DNA of 64,000 nt from Gemmatimonadota bacterium (GCA_050258235.1 JBLMYK010000329.1:3910-67909); one strand, 5' to 3'. Counted from the stretch's first letter, positions 9,038 through 17,944 are shown. The notes: a model not told the origin generated them from the sequence alone. Made by a program: numbers and translations.

Positions 9038-10657
9038 TTGCGACCCCATGGAGCCAATCCGTGGGCGCCGCTTGGCGTGCCCGTCTTCCGCTGGCTGTGG
9101 ATCGCCAGCCTTGGTTCCAACATCGGCACCTGGCTGCAGAACGTCGCCGCCGGATGGGAGATGACCAATCTCACCACGTCGCCGTTGATGGTGGCGCTGG
9201 TGCAGGTCGCGACCACGTTGCCCTCCTTCTTTCTCGCCATCGCCGCCGGCGCGCTGGCGGATATCGCGGACCGGCGCACGATCCTGATCGGCACCCAGCT
9301 GGCCGGCACGCTGATTGCCGGGGTGCTTGCGCTCGTCGCCGCGCTCGGCGTGCTGTCGGCGCCGACCCTGCTGCTGCTGACCTTCCTGCTCGGGGTGCAA
9401 TGGTCGTTGACGATTCCTGCCTGGGGTGCGACGGTGGCGGACATCGTCCCGCGCTCCCAGCTCACTTCTGCCGTCGCGCTCGGCTCGATCTCGTTCAACA
9501 TTTCGCGCTCGATCGGGCCGGCGATCGGCGGCCTGATCCTGTCGATATCGCATCCGTCGGTTGCGTTCGGGCTCAACGCGCTTTCGTTCGCCGGCGTGCT
9601 GATCGTGCTGCTGCGATGGCAGCGCACGCCCTCCGTGCCGCGGCTGCCGCCGGAAGGATTCGCCGCCGCGATCCGCGCGGGCGTGCGCTACACGATGGAG
9701 GAGCCAGCCTTCCGGGTGTTGCTCGCGCGCTGTGCAGTGTTTTCGGTGCCGGCCGCGGCGGTGTTTTCGCTGCTGCCCGTGATCGCCAGGGGCTCGACGT
9801 ACGGAAGCGCCAACGGCTATGCATTCCTGCTGACGGCGATCGGCATCGGCGCGGTGGCCACGGCGCTCGTGCTGCCGCGCCTGCGCGGACGATTCACGCA
9901 GGACCAGCTGATCGCCGCGTCGGCCGTGCTGTTCGCGGTCGCGCTCGGCGTGCCGGCGCTGACGCGCCAGTTCGTCTGGATGCTGCTCGTGATGCCGCTG
10001 GCGGGCGCGGCCTGGCTGACGACCCTGTCGGGGCTGCAGAGCGCGGTGCAGCACGTCGCGCCCTCGTGGGTCAAGGCGCGTGGACTGGCCATCTACTTCA
10101 TGACGCTCAACGGCGCGGTCGCCGTCGGCGGCGCACTATGGGGAACGATCGCGTCGAACTCCTCCATATCCGCTGCCCTGGCGACTGCGGCGATTGCCCT
10201 GCTGGTGGCGGCGCCCTGGTTCGCGCGCGGACTGATCGGGATGGCCGAAAGCGGCGACGCCGGCGAAACCGGTGAAGGGCCGTCGCCGCACTTCGCCGAC
10301 GATGTTCCGAACGATGCCGGCCCGGTGCTGGTGACGATCGAATACGACGTGCGCCCCGACGCGCGGGATGAATTCATCGCCGATATGCGCGAGCTTGGCC
10401 GCCTGCGCCGCCGCGACGGCGCGTTCGCGTGGGAGTGCAGCTTCGACATCCGTCGGCGCACGCTCGCGATCGAGACCTTCCAGATCGAGAGCTGGCTGGA
10501 GCACCTGCGCCAGCATGAGCGGCAGGGCGCACAGTTCCACCGCATTCGCGAGCGGGTGCGCACGCTGTGCGCCGAGCCGCCACGCGCGCGTCACTACGTG
10601 TCCATCAACGTCGGCCCGCTCGAGCTGAGGCCGCATCCGCAGGTCGCCGACGAGTAG
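9038..10657 (+). CDS. MFS_3 (EntS/'transmembrane secretion effector'-like) transporter with C-terminal ABM-like domain
   Basis: The in-frame TTG at 9038 gives MRPHGANPWAPLGVPVFRWLWIASLGSNIGTWLQ, a typical N-terminus for this family. ATG 8945 is an alternative start. A 12-TM body is followed by about 115 aa reading VLVTIEYDVRPDARDEFIADMRELGRLRRRDGAFAWECSFD...FQIESWLEHLRQHER, a ferredoxin-like ABM pattern. Confidence 0.8.
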   Translation: MRPHGANPWAPLGVPVFRWLWIASLGSNIGTWLQNVAAGWEMTNLTTSPLMVALVQVATTLPSFFLAIAAGALADIADRRTILIGTQLAGTLIAGVLALVAALGVLSAPTLLLLTFLLGVQWSLTIPAWGATVADIVPRSQLTSAVALGSISFNISRSIGPAIGGLILSISHPSVAFGLNALSFAGVLIVLLRWQRTPSVPRLPPEGFAAAIRAGVRYTMEEPAFRVLLARCAVFSVPAAAVFSLLPVIARGSTYGSANGYAFLLTAIGIGAVATALVLPRLRGRFTQDQLIAASAVLFAVALGVPALTRQFVWMLLVMPLAGAAWLTTLSGLQSAVQHVAPSWVKARGLAIYFMTLNGAVAVGGALWGTIASNSSISAALATAAIALLVAAPWFARGLIGMAESGDAGETGEGPSPHFADDVPNDAGPVLVTIEYDVRPDARDEFIADMRELGRLRRRDGAFAWECSFDIRRRTLAIETFQIESWLEHLRQHERQGAQFHRIRERVRTLCAEPPRARHYVSINVGPLELRPHPQVADE

Positions 10658-10692
10658 CCGGCGGGTTCGGATCGCCGGGTCCTATCCGGGGG

Positions 10693-10724
10693 TTGACACC
10701 TTTTCGAGAATGATTATCATTTGC
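10693..10724 (+). promoter_or_regulatory. sigma70-like promoter overlapped by a Fur box
   Basis: TTGACA (10693-10698) is followed by a 16-nt spacer and TATCAT (10715-10720). GAGAATGATTATCATTTGC (10706-10724) matches the 19-bp Fur consensus GATAATGATAATCATTATC at 15 of 19 positions. It sits 22 nt upstream of the cupredoxin/FTR1 operon start. Confidence 0.6.
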
Positions 10725-10745
10725 ATCGTTACGAAAGGGGCAAAG

Positions 10746-11087
10746 ATGCGTACTCGGGGGTTCTTCGGCCGGCAAATTGTGGCGGCACTCTGCATCACGC
10801 TGGGCACATCGGGCGCGATCGCAGCGGACGAATTCGCGCTGACGATCAAGGACCACCGTTTCCAGCCGACCGAGGTGCGGGTCCCGGCCAACACGAAGGT
10901 CAAGCTGGTGATCACGAACAAGGACAGCACGGCCGAGGAATTCGAAAGCCACACGATGAACCGGGAGAAGATCATCCCGCCGGGCGGAACGATCACGGTG
11001 TTCATCGGCCCGCTGAAGCCCGGCCGCTATCCGTTTGTCGGCGAGTATCACGAGAAGACCGCGCAGGGCGTGGTGATTGCGGAGTAA
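10746..11087 (+). CDS. periplasmic cupredoxin-fold protein (EfeO-Cup/FtrB-like)
   Basis: The start is ATG 10746 (MRTRGFF), preceded by AAGGGG. It has a signal peptide ending AIA|ADEF. A beta-rich domain reads TIKDHRFQPTEVRVPANTKVKLVITNKD...GRYPFVGEYH. The mature part has no Cys. Confidence 0.85.
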   Translation: MRTRGFFGRQIVAALCITLGTSGAIAADEFALTIKDHRFQPTEVRVPANTKVKLVITNKDSTAEEFESHTMNREKIIPPGGTITVFIGPLKPGRYPFVGEYHEKTAQGVVIAE

Positions 11088-11091
11088 GAAG

Positions 11092-11916
11092 ATGCTGGGC
11101 GCTGCGTTGATCGTGTTTCGGGAAACCCTGGAGGCCGCGCTGCTGGTTGGCATCATCGCGGCTGCGACCTCGGCGCTGCCTGCGGCACGGCGGTGGATCG
11201 GCGCCGGCGTTGCGGCGGGTGTCGCCGGCGCGGTTCTGATCGCACTGGCGATGGGTCAGATCTCCAGCGCATTCGAAGGCATGGGCCAGGAGGTGCTGAA
11301 TGCATCGATCCTGGCGTGCGCGGTGGCGATGCTCGGCTGGCACGCGGTATGGATGGCCAGGCACGGTGCGCAACTGTCGGCGGATGCCCGTGCCCTGGGA
11401 GAAAGCGTTCGGCGCGGAACGGCCGCACTCTCGGCGGCCTTTGTCGCGGTCGCGCTGGCGGTGCTGCGCGAGGGCGCCGAAACCGTGCTGTTCATGTTCG
11501 GGATGCTTTCCGGTGGTGACGCAGATCCCATGGGGGTTGCGGCGAGTGGCGCGCTTGGCGCCCTGGGCGGCGTGGCACTCGGCGTGCTGATTTACGCCGG
11601 CTTCCGGCGGGTGCCGCTGCGAACGCTGTTCAACGTCACCGGTGTGCTGATCGTCTTTCTTGCCGCCTCCATGGCCGCGCAGCTCGCGCGGCAGCTGATT
11701 CAGGCCGACATGCTTCCCGCGCTGGTCAGCACGCTGTGGGACACCTCGAACTGGCTGCCGATGGATTCGATCGTCGGCACGCTGCTGCACGCGCTGTTCG
11801 GATACGAGGCGCGCCCGAGCGCAATGCAGGTGCTGTTCTATGCGACCGTGCTCACGCTGCTGTTTGCGGCGCGCGCGTTGACCGCGCCGCCAGCTCCTCG
11901 TCCCCGCACCGCCTAG
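11092..11916 (+). CDS. FTR1-family high-affinity iron permease
   Basis: The start is ATG 11092 (MLGAALIVFRETLEAAL), 7 nt after GGAG. Two REXXE-type motifs are present (FRETLEA and LREGAETV), with 7-TM style hydrophobicity. Confidence 0.92.
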   Translation: MLGAALIVFRETLEAALLVGIIAAATSALPAARRWIGAGVAAGVAGAVLIALAMGQISSAFEGMGQEVLNASILACAVAMLGWHAVWMARHGAQLSADARALGESVRRGTAALSAAFVAVALAVLREGAETVLFMFGMLSGGDADPMGVAASGALGALGGVALGVLIYAGFRRVPLRTLFNVTGVLIVFLAASMAAQLARQLIQADMLPALVSTLWDTSNWLPMDSIVGTLLHALFGYEARPSAMQVLFYATVLTLLFAARALTAPPAPRPRTA

Positions 11917-11925
11917 GATCCCCAG

Positions 11926-12660
11926 ATGAATCATGTGCATGCCGCGGCCGCGGCAGGGGTCCTGCTGTGCCTTGTTTCCGCCGCGCGCGCGGAACCCGCC
12001 GATGACGTGCTCTCTCCCGTCGTCGTCCAAGGGGAGCGCGAGTTCGAGACGAAGGCGGGAACGCAAACCAAGTCCGGCGAGCCGCGCTTCGGCGCCGCCA
12101 CGCTCGGCGTCGGCTACGGCGCGCTGTCATGGTGGGCGACCGAACTCGAACTGAAGTACGAACGCGAGGCTGCGTCGACGCGGTGGGATGCGATCGAGTG
12201 GGAAAACCGCTTCCAGCTCACGGAAACGGGGCGCTACCCGGTCGACCTCGGTTTCCTGCTCGAGATCGAAAGGCCGCGCGATCACGCCGAAGGATGGGAA
12301 TTTGCGTGGGGGCCGCTGCTGCAGGCCGAGGCGGGTCGGATGCAATACAACGCCAACCTGATCTGGAAACGCCAGGTGCACAGCCAGGGACCGTCCGCCA
12401 CCGAGCTCGGCTATCGGCTGCAGGCGAAGTACCGCTGGCGCGAAGCGCTCGAGTTCGGCGTGCAGGCATTCGGGGATCTCGGACCCTGGAGGGACTGGAG
12501 CGCCGCGTCGGAGCAGTCGCACCGCGTCGGTCCGGCGCTGTTCGGCAGGACCCATCTCACAAGCGGCCACGCGCTGGCATGGAACGCCGGCTGCCTGTTC
12601 GGCACCACCCACGGCAGCCCCGATCGCGTGCTGCGCGTGCAGGTTGAATTCGAGCTGTGA
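11926..12660 (+). CDS. putative small outer-membrane beta-barrel protein
   Basis: It has a signal peptide (LLCLVSAARA|EP) followed by alternating amphipathic strands (ELELKYE, WENRFQL, GFLLEIERP, GYRLQAKYRW, LRVQVEFEL). It lies 9 nt after the FTR1 stop. The family was not recognised. Confidence 0.7.
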   Translation: MNHVHAAAAAGVLLCLVSAARAEPADDVLSPVVVQGEREFETKAGTQTKSGEPRFGAATLGVGYGALSWWATELELKYEREAASTRWDAIEWENRFQLTETGRYPVDLGFLLEIERPRDHAEGWEFAWGPLLQAEAGRMQYNANLIWKRQVHSQGPSATELGYRLQAKYRWREALEFGVQAFGDLGPWRDWSAASEQSHRVGPALFGRTHLTSGHALAWNAGCLFGTTHGSPDRVLRVQVEFEL

Positions 12661-12675
12661 GCGCCGCCTCGCCGG

Positions 12676-13374
12676 CTAGGCCCGCTGGATGGGTGTCTTC
12701 TTGCGGGCGGGATACTGCTCCAGCTTGCCAACTCGGCGCTCGAAAGGATCGCAGCGCGCGAGTCGCTGCACCTGCGCGCGGGTCAGCAGCGGATGATGGC
12801 GCAGCGCCTCGAGCCGGTCGTGCGCCTCCCAGCAGGAATCGCGGTTGGTGACCCACAACGCCGGATCGAGGCGGCGCAGGTCGAACGCGCCGCTGTAGCT
12901 GCGCAGCGTCTTCTCCCCGCGCCGGTTGGCGTACTCATGGAAGTAGGACAAGGCGAGCTCGCGCAGGCTGCGATAGACCGGATCGCGGAATCGCAGCCGC
13001 GAGCCGTTGGTCTTCGAGATCGCACCCCAGCAGCTCCCACGGCGATACAGCGCGATCACGTGCGGGTAGTCGCTCGGGTCGCAGTCCATGTGCATGACCA
13101 GCGGCGGCTCGCCGTGCAACCACAGCGCACAAGCGGCCACGAACGCGCCCTCGATGCAGTGCGCGCGCCGCTGGCGCAGCACTTCTCGCACCGACAGCAC
13201 GGTTTCGCCGTCGTGCTCGTGGTTGATCGGGACGCGATTGATGAAGGCCTGGATCTTTGCCGGGGTGTCGAACTGGCGCAACGTCGCGACCTCGCGCTCG
13301 GTCAATCCCGTGCGCGCTGGCCGCACCGCCCGCGGCGCAACGCCTGATCCGGGTGCCGATCTCGCGCCGCGCAT
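12676..13374 (-). CDS. hypothetical protein (possible papain/transglutaminase-like Cys-His fold)
   Basis: 232-aa ORF with coding-like composition. It contains RRAHCIEGAFVAACALWLHG followed by DYPHVIALY. The family was not recognised, and a GTG or TTG start is possible. Confidence 0.65.
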   Translation of the reverse strand: MRGARSAPGSGVAPRAVRPARTGLTEREVATLRQFDTPAKIQAFINRVPINHEHDGETVLSVREVLRQRRAHCIEGAFVAACALWLHGEPPLVMHMDCDPSDYPHVIALYRRGSCWGAISKTNGSRLRFRDPVYRSLRELALSYFHEYANRRGEKTLRSYSGAFDLRRLDPALWVTNRDSCWEAHDRLEALRHHPLLTRAQVQRLARCDPFERRVGKLEQYPARKKTPIQRA

Positions 13375-13510
13375 CTCAGCCGATCTCGATGTGCGCGCGA
13401 ACTTGCCCGCGTACGGGCGTGCCGCGTCCGGTGCTGAGCAGGTCGGCGGGCATCTGAAGCAGGAACGGGGCGCGCATGCGCGGCATTATCCTCGCGGGGA
13501 TAATCGCGGG

Positions 13511-14227
13511 ATGCAGCCGATCGACGCCGTCACGGAAGCGCGCAAGGATCTTGCGACTGCGCTGCGAGCTGCAGCACAGCTGGGCCTTGGCGAAGGAGTT
13601 TGTAATCACTTCAGTCTTGTGTTGCCCGGGTGTCCCGGTCATTTCCTGATCAATCCGCAGGGGCTGCATTGGAGCGAGATCACGCCCGACGATCTGGTCG
13701 TGATCGACGACCTGGGTCGGAAGGTCGAAGGCCGGCACGAGGTCGAGCCGACCGCATTCTTCATCCACGGCGCGATCCACCGCCGCGTGCCGCAAGCCGC
13801 GTGCGTGCTGCACACGCATATGCCGTTCGCAACCGCGCTGACGATGTTGCAGGGAGGGCGGCTGGAAATGGCGCATCAAAATGCCTTGCGCTTTCACCGC
13901 CAGGTTGCCTATGAAAACGAATACAACGGACTGGTCCTCGACGAGGCCGAAGCCGGCCGCATCGCCGATCGCCTGAAGGACGCGGTCGCGCTCTTTCTCG
14001 CCAACCATGGAGTGATCGTGCGCGGTCCGTCCGTGTCCTGGGCCTTCGACGATCTGTACTACCTGGAGCGCGCCTGCATGCACCAGGTGCTGGCGCAGGG
14101 AACCGGCCGCCCGCTCAAGCTGATTCCGGATCGCATTGCTGCGCTTACCGCTAAACAGTTGGCAGGTGAGCGGCAGCAGTCCGACCTGCATCTGAAAGCG
14201 CTGCGGCGCATGTTCGGGTTCGGCTGA
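13511..14227 (+). CDS. class II aldolase/adducin-family protein
   Basis: The start is taken at ATG 13511 (MQPIDAVTEARKDL). Motifs are NHFS, EPTAFFIHGAIH, VLHTHMPF and ANHGVIV. The upstream part of the 379-aa track ORF is antisense to the neighbouring gene. Confidence 0.88.
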   Translation: MQPIDAVTEARKDLATALRAAAQLGLGEGVCNHFSLVLPGCPGHFLINPQGLHWSEITPDDLVVIDDLGRKVEGRHEVEPTAFFIHGAIHRRVPQAACVLHTHMPFATALTMLQGGRLEMAHQNALRFHRQVAYENEYNGLVLDEAEAGRIADRLKDAVALFLANHGVIVRGPSVSWAFDDLYYLERACMHQVLAQGTGRPLKLIPDRIAALTAKQLAGERQQSDLHLKALRRMFGFG

Positions 14228-14236
14228 CGCGGTTGG

Positions 14237-14261
14237 GCCGAGCGCCGGTTCGGCGCTCGGC
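14237..14261. terminator. GC-rich hairpin between convergent genes
   Basis: GCCGAGCGCC-GGTTC-GGCGCTCGGC forms a 10-bp perfect stem, 10 nt after the aldolase stop. No U-tract is present. Confidence 0.35.
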
Positions 14262-14312
14262 GTCGCCCGGTCGACCTTCGCCGTGGGTCGATCAACGCTC
14301 GCCGCGGCTCAA

Positions 14313-15257
14313 TCAACGCTCGCCGCGGCGATAGGGCTTCATCAGCGCCTGCGGGTAGGCGGCCTTGCGCGCGACCAGCACCAGCGCAACGATCGACAGC
14401 AAGTACGGGACCATCAGCCACCACTGGTACGGGATCGCGGCGCCGACGCTCGATTGCTGCAGCCTCAGCTGCGCGGCGTCGAAGGCCGCGAACAGCAGTG
14501 CACCGGCAAGCGCCTTGCCCGGGCGCCACGACGCGAACACCACGAGCGCCACGCAGATCCAGCCGCGGCCGTTCACCATGTTGAAGAAGAAGGCATTGAA
14601 GGCCGCCAGCGTCAGAAACGACCCGGCCACACCCATCAGGCTGCTGCCGGCGACGATCGCGCCGATCCGCGTCGCAGTCACATCGATGCCCGCGCCCTCG
14701 GCGGCGGCCGGATTCTCGCCGACCATCCGGATCGCCAGGCCGAGCGGCGTGCGGTAAAGCACGTAGCCGAGCAACGGCACCAGCAGCAGCGCGAGCAGCG
14801 TCAGTGCGGTCTGCGCGCCCAGGATCGGTCCCAGCAGCGGGACGTTTCCAAGGAAGTCCAGTTCGGCGAACGGGGTGATGCGCGGCGGCTCGGTCAGCTT
14901 CGGAAAGCTCACGCGATACGCAAAGTACGACAGGCTGGTTGCCGCCAGTGTGATGCCAAGACCGGTTACGTGCTGCGACAGGCCCAGCGGGACCGTCAAC
15001 ACGCCGTGCAGCAGTCCGAACGTCGCCCCCACCAGCGCGGCGACGAACACGCCGATCCACAGGCCGGCACCCGCATGCACCGCGAACCAGCCGGCGAACG
15101 CCCCGGCCGCCATGATTCCTTCGATGCCGAGATTCAGCACGCCGGCACGCTCGCACAGCAGCACGCCGAGCACGCCGAAGATCAACGGCGTGGCGATGCG
15201 CAGCGTCGCGATCCAGAACGCGTCGCTTGCGGCGATCTGCCACAGGTCGGCGATCAT
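14313..15257 (-). CDS. ABC transporter permease (BMP/nucleoside-type system)
   Basis: The start is at MIADLWQIAASDAF (ATG complement of 15255-15257), a 4-nt overlap with the upstream permease. The protein is 314 aa and polytopic. Confidence 0.9.
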   Translation of the reverse strand: MIADLWQIAASDAFWIATLRIATPLIFGVLGVLLCERAGVLNLGIEGIMAAGAFAGWFAVHAGAGLWIGVFVAALVGATFGLLHGVLTVPLGLSQHVTGLGITLAATSLSYFAYRVSFPKLTEPPRITPFAELDFLGNVPLLGPILGAQTALTLLALLLVPLLGYVLYRTPLGLAIRMVGENPAAAEGAGIDVTATRIGAIVAGSSLMGVAGSFLTLAAFNAFFFNMVNGRGWICVALVVFASWRPGKALAGALLFAAFDAAQLRLQQSSVGAAIPYQWWLMVPYLLSIVALVLVARKAAYPQALMKPYRRGER

Positions 15258-16321
15258 GCGTTCCAGCGCACGCGGTAACGCACCAGTTGCGCGGCGACCA
15301 GCATCGCCAGCAGCGACACGGCGACGATCACGTCGGCGATGTAGGTCGGCACCGTCACCGCGCGGCTCATCGAGTCGGCACCGACGAACATGCCGGCGAT
15401 GAAGATCGCCGCCAGCACCACGCCAAGAGGATGCAGCGCCGCCAGCATCGCGACCACGATTCCCGCGTAGCCGTAGCCCGGCGACATGTCGAGCGTCACG
15501 TAGCCGGTGCGACCCGCGACCTCGACCGCGCCGGCCAGTCCGGCCAGCGCGCCCGACAGCAGCGCGGTCTTGACGACGGTCCGGTCGACCGGAATGCCGG
15601 CGAAGCGCGCCGCCTCGCGATTGGCGCCGACCGCGCGCATCTCGAACCCGAACGCGGTGAACCTGATCATCGCCCATGCGAGCGCGGCAGCGCCGAGCGC
15701 GATCAGCAGGCCGGTATGCAGGCGCGTGCGCGCGACCAGTTTCGACAGCTCGAGTGCCGGATCGAGCGCGACCGACTGCGGCCAGCCGAGCGCGGCGGGG
15801 TCCCGCATCGGCCCGTCAAGCATCCACGAGACGAACAGCAGCACGACGAAGTTCGTGAGCAGGGTCGTCACCACTTCGTCGACCGCCAGCCGCGTGCGCA
15901 GCAGCGCCGCGATCGCCAGCCACAGCGCGCCGGCGCTCATCGCGCCCGCGAGCATCGCGATGAACAGCAGAGGAGCGGGCAGCGCAGCGCCAAGGCCCTC
16001 GTGCGTTCCGCCGATCGCGACCGCCGCCAGTGCACCCAGATACAGCTGTCCCTCGGCGCCGATGTTGTAGAAGCGCGCGCGGAATGCGACGGCGGCGGCG
16101 AGCCCGGTCAGCATCAGCGGGGTGGCGCGCGTCAGCGTTTCGGTCAGCGCGAAGCGCGAACCGAATCCGCCGTCGAGCAGCGCCGCAAAGCTGCGGCCGA
16201 CCGGGGCGCCCGCCCAAAGCACCAGCAGCCCGCTCACGACAAGCGTCAGCGCGACCGCGGCCAGCGGCGCGATCAGCCATGCGATCCGCGATGTCGTGTC
16301 GCGCGCCTCGAGCCGGATCAT
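15254..16321 (-). CDS. ABC transporter permease (BMP/nucleoside-type system)
   Basis: 355 aa and polytopic. A 4-nt overlap links it to the ATPase gene upstream. Confidence 0.9.
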   Translation of the reverse strand: MIRLEARDTTSRIAWLIAPLAAVALTLVVSGLLVLWAGAPVGRSFAALLDGGFGSRFALTETLTRATPLMLTGLAAAVAFRARFYNIGAEGQLYLGALAAVAIGGTHEGLGAALPAPLLFIAMLAGAMSAGALWLAIAALLRTRLAVDEVVTTLLTNFVVLLFVSWMLDGPMRDPAALGWPQSVALDPALELSKLVARTRLHTGLLIALGAAALAWAMIRFTAFGFEMRAVGANREAARFAGIPVDRTVVKTALLSGALAGLAGAVEVAGRTGYVTLDMSPGYGYAGIVVAMLAALHPLGVVLAAIFIAGMFVGADSMSRAVTVPTYIADVIVAVSLLAMLVAAQLVRYRVRWNA

Positions 16322-17844
16322 GCGGCGCGCTTCTCTGCCATCGCCAGGCCAAGCTCGGCCAGCGTCCAGTCGGCCGTCGCGCGCGTTTCGACGATGCGTC
16401 CTTGATTCATCACCGCGATGCGATCCGCCAGCGCAAAGATCTCGTCGAGGTCTTCGGAAATGACGAGCACGGCATCGCCGTCATCGCGCGCCGCGATCAG
16501 GCGCGCATGGATCGCCGCAACGGCGCCGACGTCGAGGCCCCAGGTCGGTTGATCGACGACGATCAGCCGAGCGGCGGCGCGCGGCGACGACAGTGCCCGA
16601 CCGAGGATCAGTTTCTGCAGGTTGCCGCCGGACAGCAGGCGCGCAGGGAGGTCGGCGGAATCGGCCGGGCCGGCGCCGCGCACGTCGAACTGCGCGAGGA
16701 GCGCCCGCCCGAAGGCCCGCATTGCGTCGCGCTTCAGCACGCCGCCGCGCGAAAATTGCGGCGTACGCAGGCGCTCGATCGCCGCGTTCTCCCACAGCGC
16801 GAGATCGCCGATGCTGCCCTGCGCGCGCCGATCCTCCGGCACGCGCGCCACCCCTGCCGCCACCACGGCGCGCGGCGTTTCCGGATACGCAGCACCGTTG
16901 AGCCGCAGGGCTCCGGCCGATGGCGAGGCTTCGCCGAACAGCAGTTCGGCCAGCGCGCGCTGGCCGTTGCCGGCAACGCCGGCCACCGCGACGATTTCGC
17001 CGCTGGCCACCGCGAGGTCCACTCCCACGAGCGGCATGCGGCCGCGCGCGTGCACGCCGATCATTTCGAGCACCGCCGGCCCGGGCGCACGCACGGCACG
17101 TGCCGGCGGCGCCGCGATGTCGCGGCCGACCATCAGGTGCGCGAGTTCGGCCTTGCCGGTTTCGTCGCGCTGCCGCTCCGCGACCAGCCGTCCCGCGCGC
17201 AGCACCGCGATTCGATCGGCGACCGCCATCACCTCGTCCAGCTTGTGGCTGATGAAGATCACGCTCATGCCGTCGGCGATGAAATTCTTCAACGTCGCAA
17301 ACAGCGCTTCGCTTTCCTGCGGCGTCAGCACCGCGGTCGGTTCATCGAGAATCAGGATGCGCGCGCCGCGATACAGCGCTTTCAGGATCTCCGCGCGCTG
17401 CCGCTCGCCGACTGACAGCGCGGCGATCGTCGCGTCCGGTTTCACCGCGAGGCCGAAGCGGCGCGACAGGTCGAGCAGCCTCGCCCGAGCCGCGGCGCGA
17501 TCGGATCGCAGCCGCCACAGCGGCTCTGTGCCCAGCATGACGTTGTCCAGCGTCGACAGGTTGTCGGCCAGCGTGAAGTGCTGGTGCACCATGCCGATGC
17601 CCGCCGCGAGTGCGGCCGACGGATCGCCGGGCGTCAACGGCTGGCCGAACACCTCGATCGATCCCGCGTCGGCCAGGTAGTGGCCGAAAAGGATCGACAC
17701 CAGCGTCGACTTGCCCGCGCCGTTTTCGCCGAGAAGCGCGAGAACCTCGCCGCGCGCGAGCGACAGCGAGATATCGTCGTTCGCCACCAGCGCGCCGAAG
17801 CGCTTGGTGATGTTCGACATCCGCAGGACGGGCGGGTGAGTCAC
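16318..17844 (-). CDS. ABC transporter ATP-binding protein with duplicated ATPase domains
   Basis: Walker A motifs are GENGAGKST and GVAGNGQ. Signature motifs are LSVGERQR and LSGGNLQK. Walker B is ILILDEPT. Confidence 0.95.
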   Translation of the reverse strand: MTHPPVLRMSNITKRFGALVANDDISLSLARGEVLALLGENGAGKSTLVSILFGHYLADAGSIEVFGQPLTPGDPSAALAAGIGMVHQHFTLADNLSTLDNVMLGTEPLWRLRSDRAAARARLLDLSRRFGLAVKPDATIAALSVGERQRAEILKALYRGARILILDEPTAVLTPQESEALFATLKNFIADGMSVIFISHKLDEVMAVADRIAVLRAGRLVAERQRDETGKAELAHLMVGRDIAAPPARAVRAPGPAVLEMIGVHARGRMPLVGVDLAVASGEIVAVAGVAGNGQRALAELLFGEASPSAGALRLNGAAYPETPRAVVAAGVARVPEDRRAQGSIGDLALWENAAIERLRTPQFSRGGVLKRDAMRAFGRALLAQFDVRGAGPADSADLPARLLSGGNLQKLILGRALSSPRAAARLIVVDQPTWGLDVGAVAAIHARLIAARDDGDAVLVISEDLDEIFALADRIAVMNQGRIVETRATADWTLAELGLAMAEKRAA

Positions 17845-17877
17845 GTCCGAGTGCGTGTAGTGTCGCCTGAACCACCC

Positions 17878-17919
17878 ACAGAGAGCACAGTGAAATACGC
17901 CGATCTCTGTGCTCTCTGT
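17878..17919 (-). other. intercistronic stem-loop between the binding-protein and ATPase genes
   Basis: ACAGAGAGCACAG (17878-17890) pairs perfectly with CTGTGCTCTCTGT (17907-17919), giving a 13-bp stem and a 16-nt loop. Confidence 0.5.
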
Positions 17920-17944
17920 CTACCCTGGTCGACCTCGCCCGTGT

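Noticed and set aside
10656-10680. GGTTCGGATC T-loop-like motif suggesting a tRNA
   Set aside because: There is only a 6-bp hairpin (CCGGCG/CGCCGG) right after the MFS stop. No acceptor, D or anticodon arms can be drawn. It is more likely a weak terminator.
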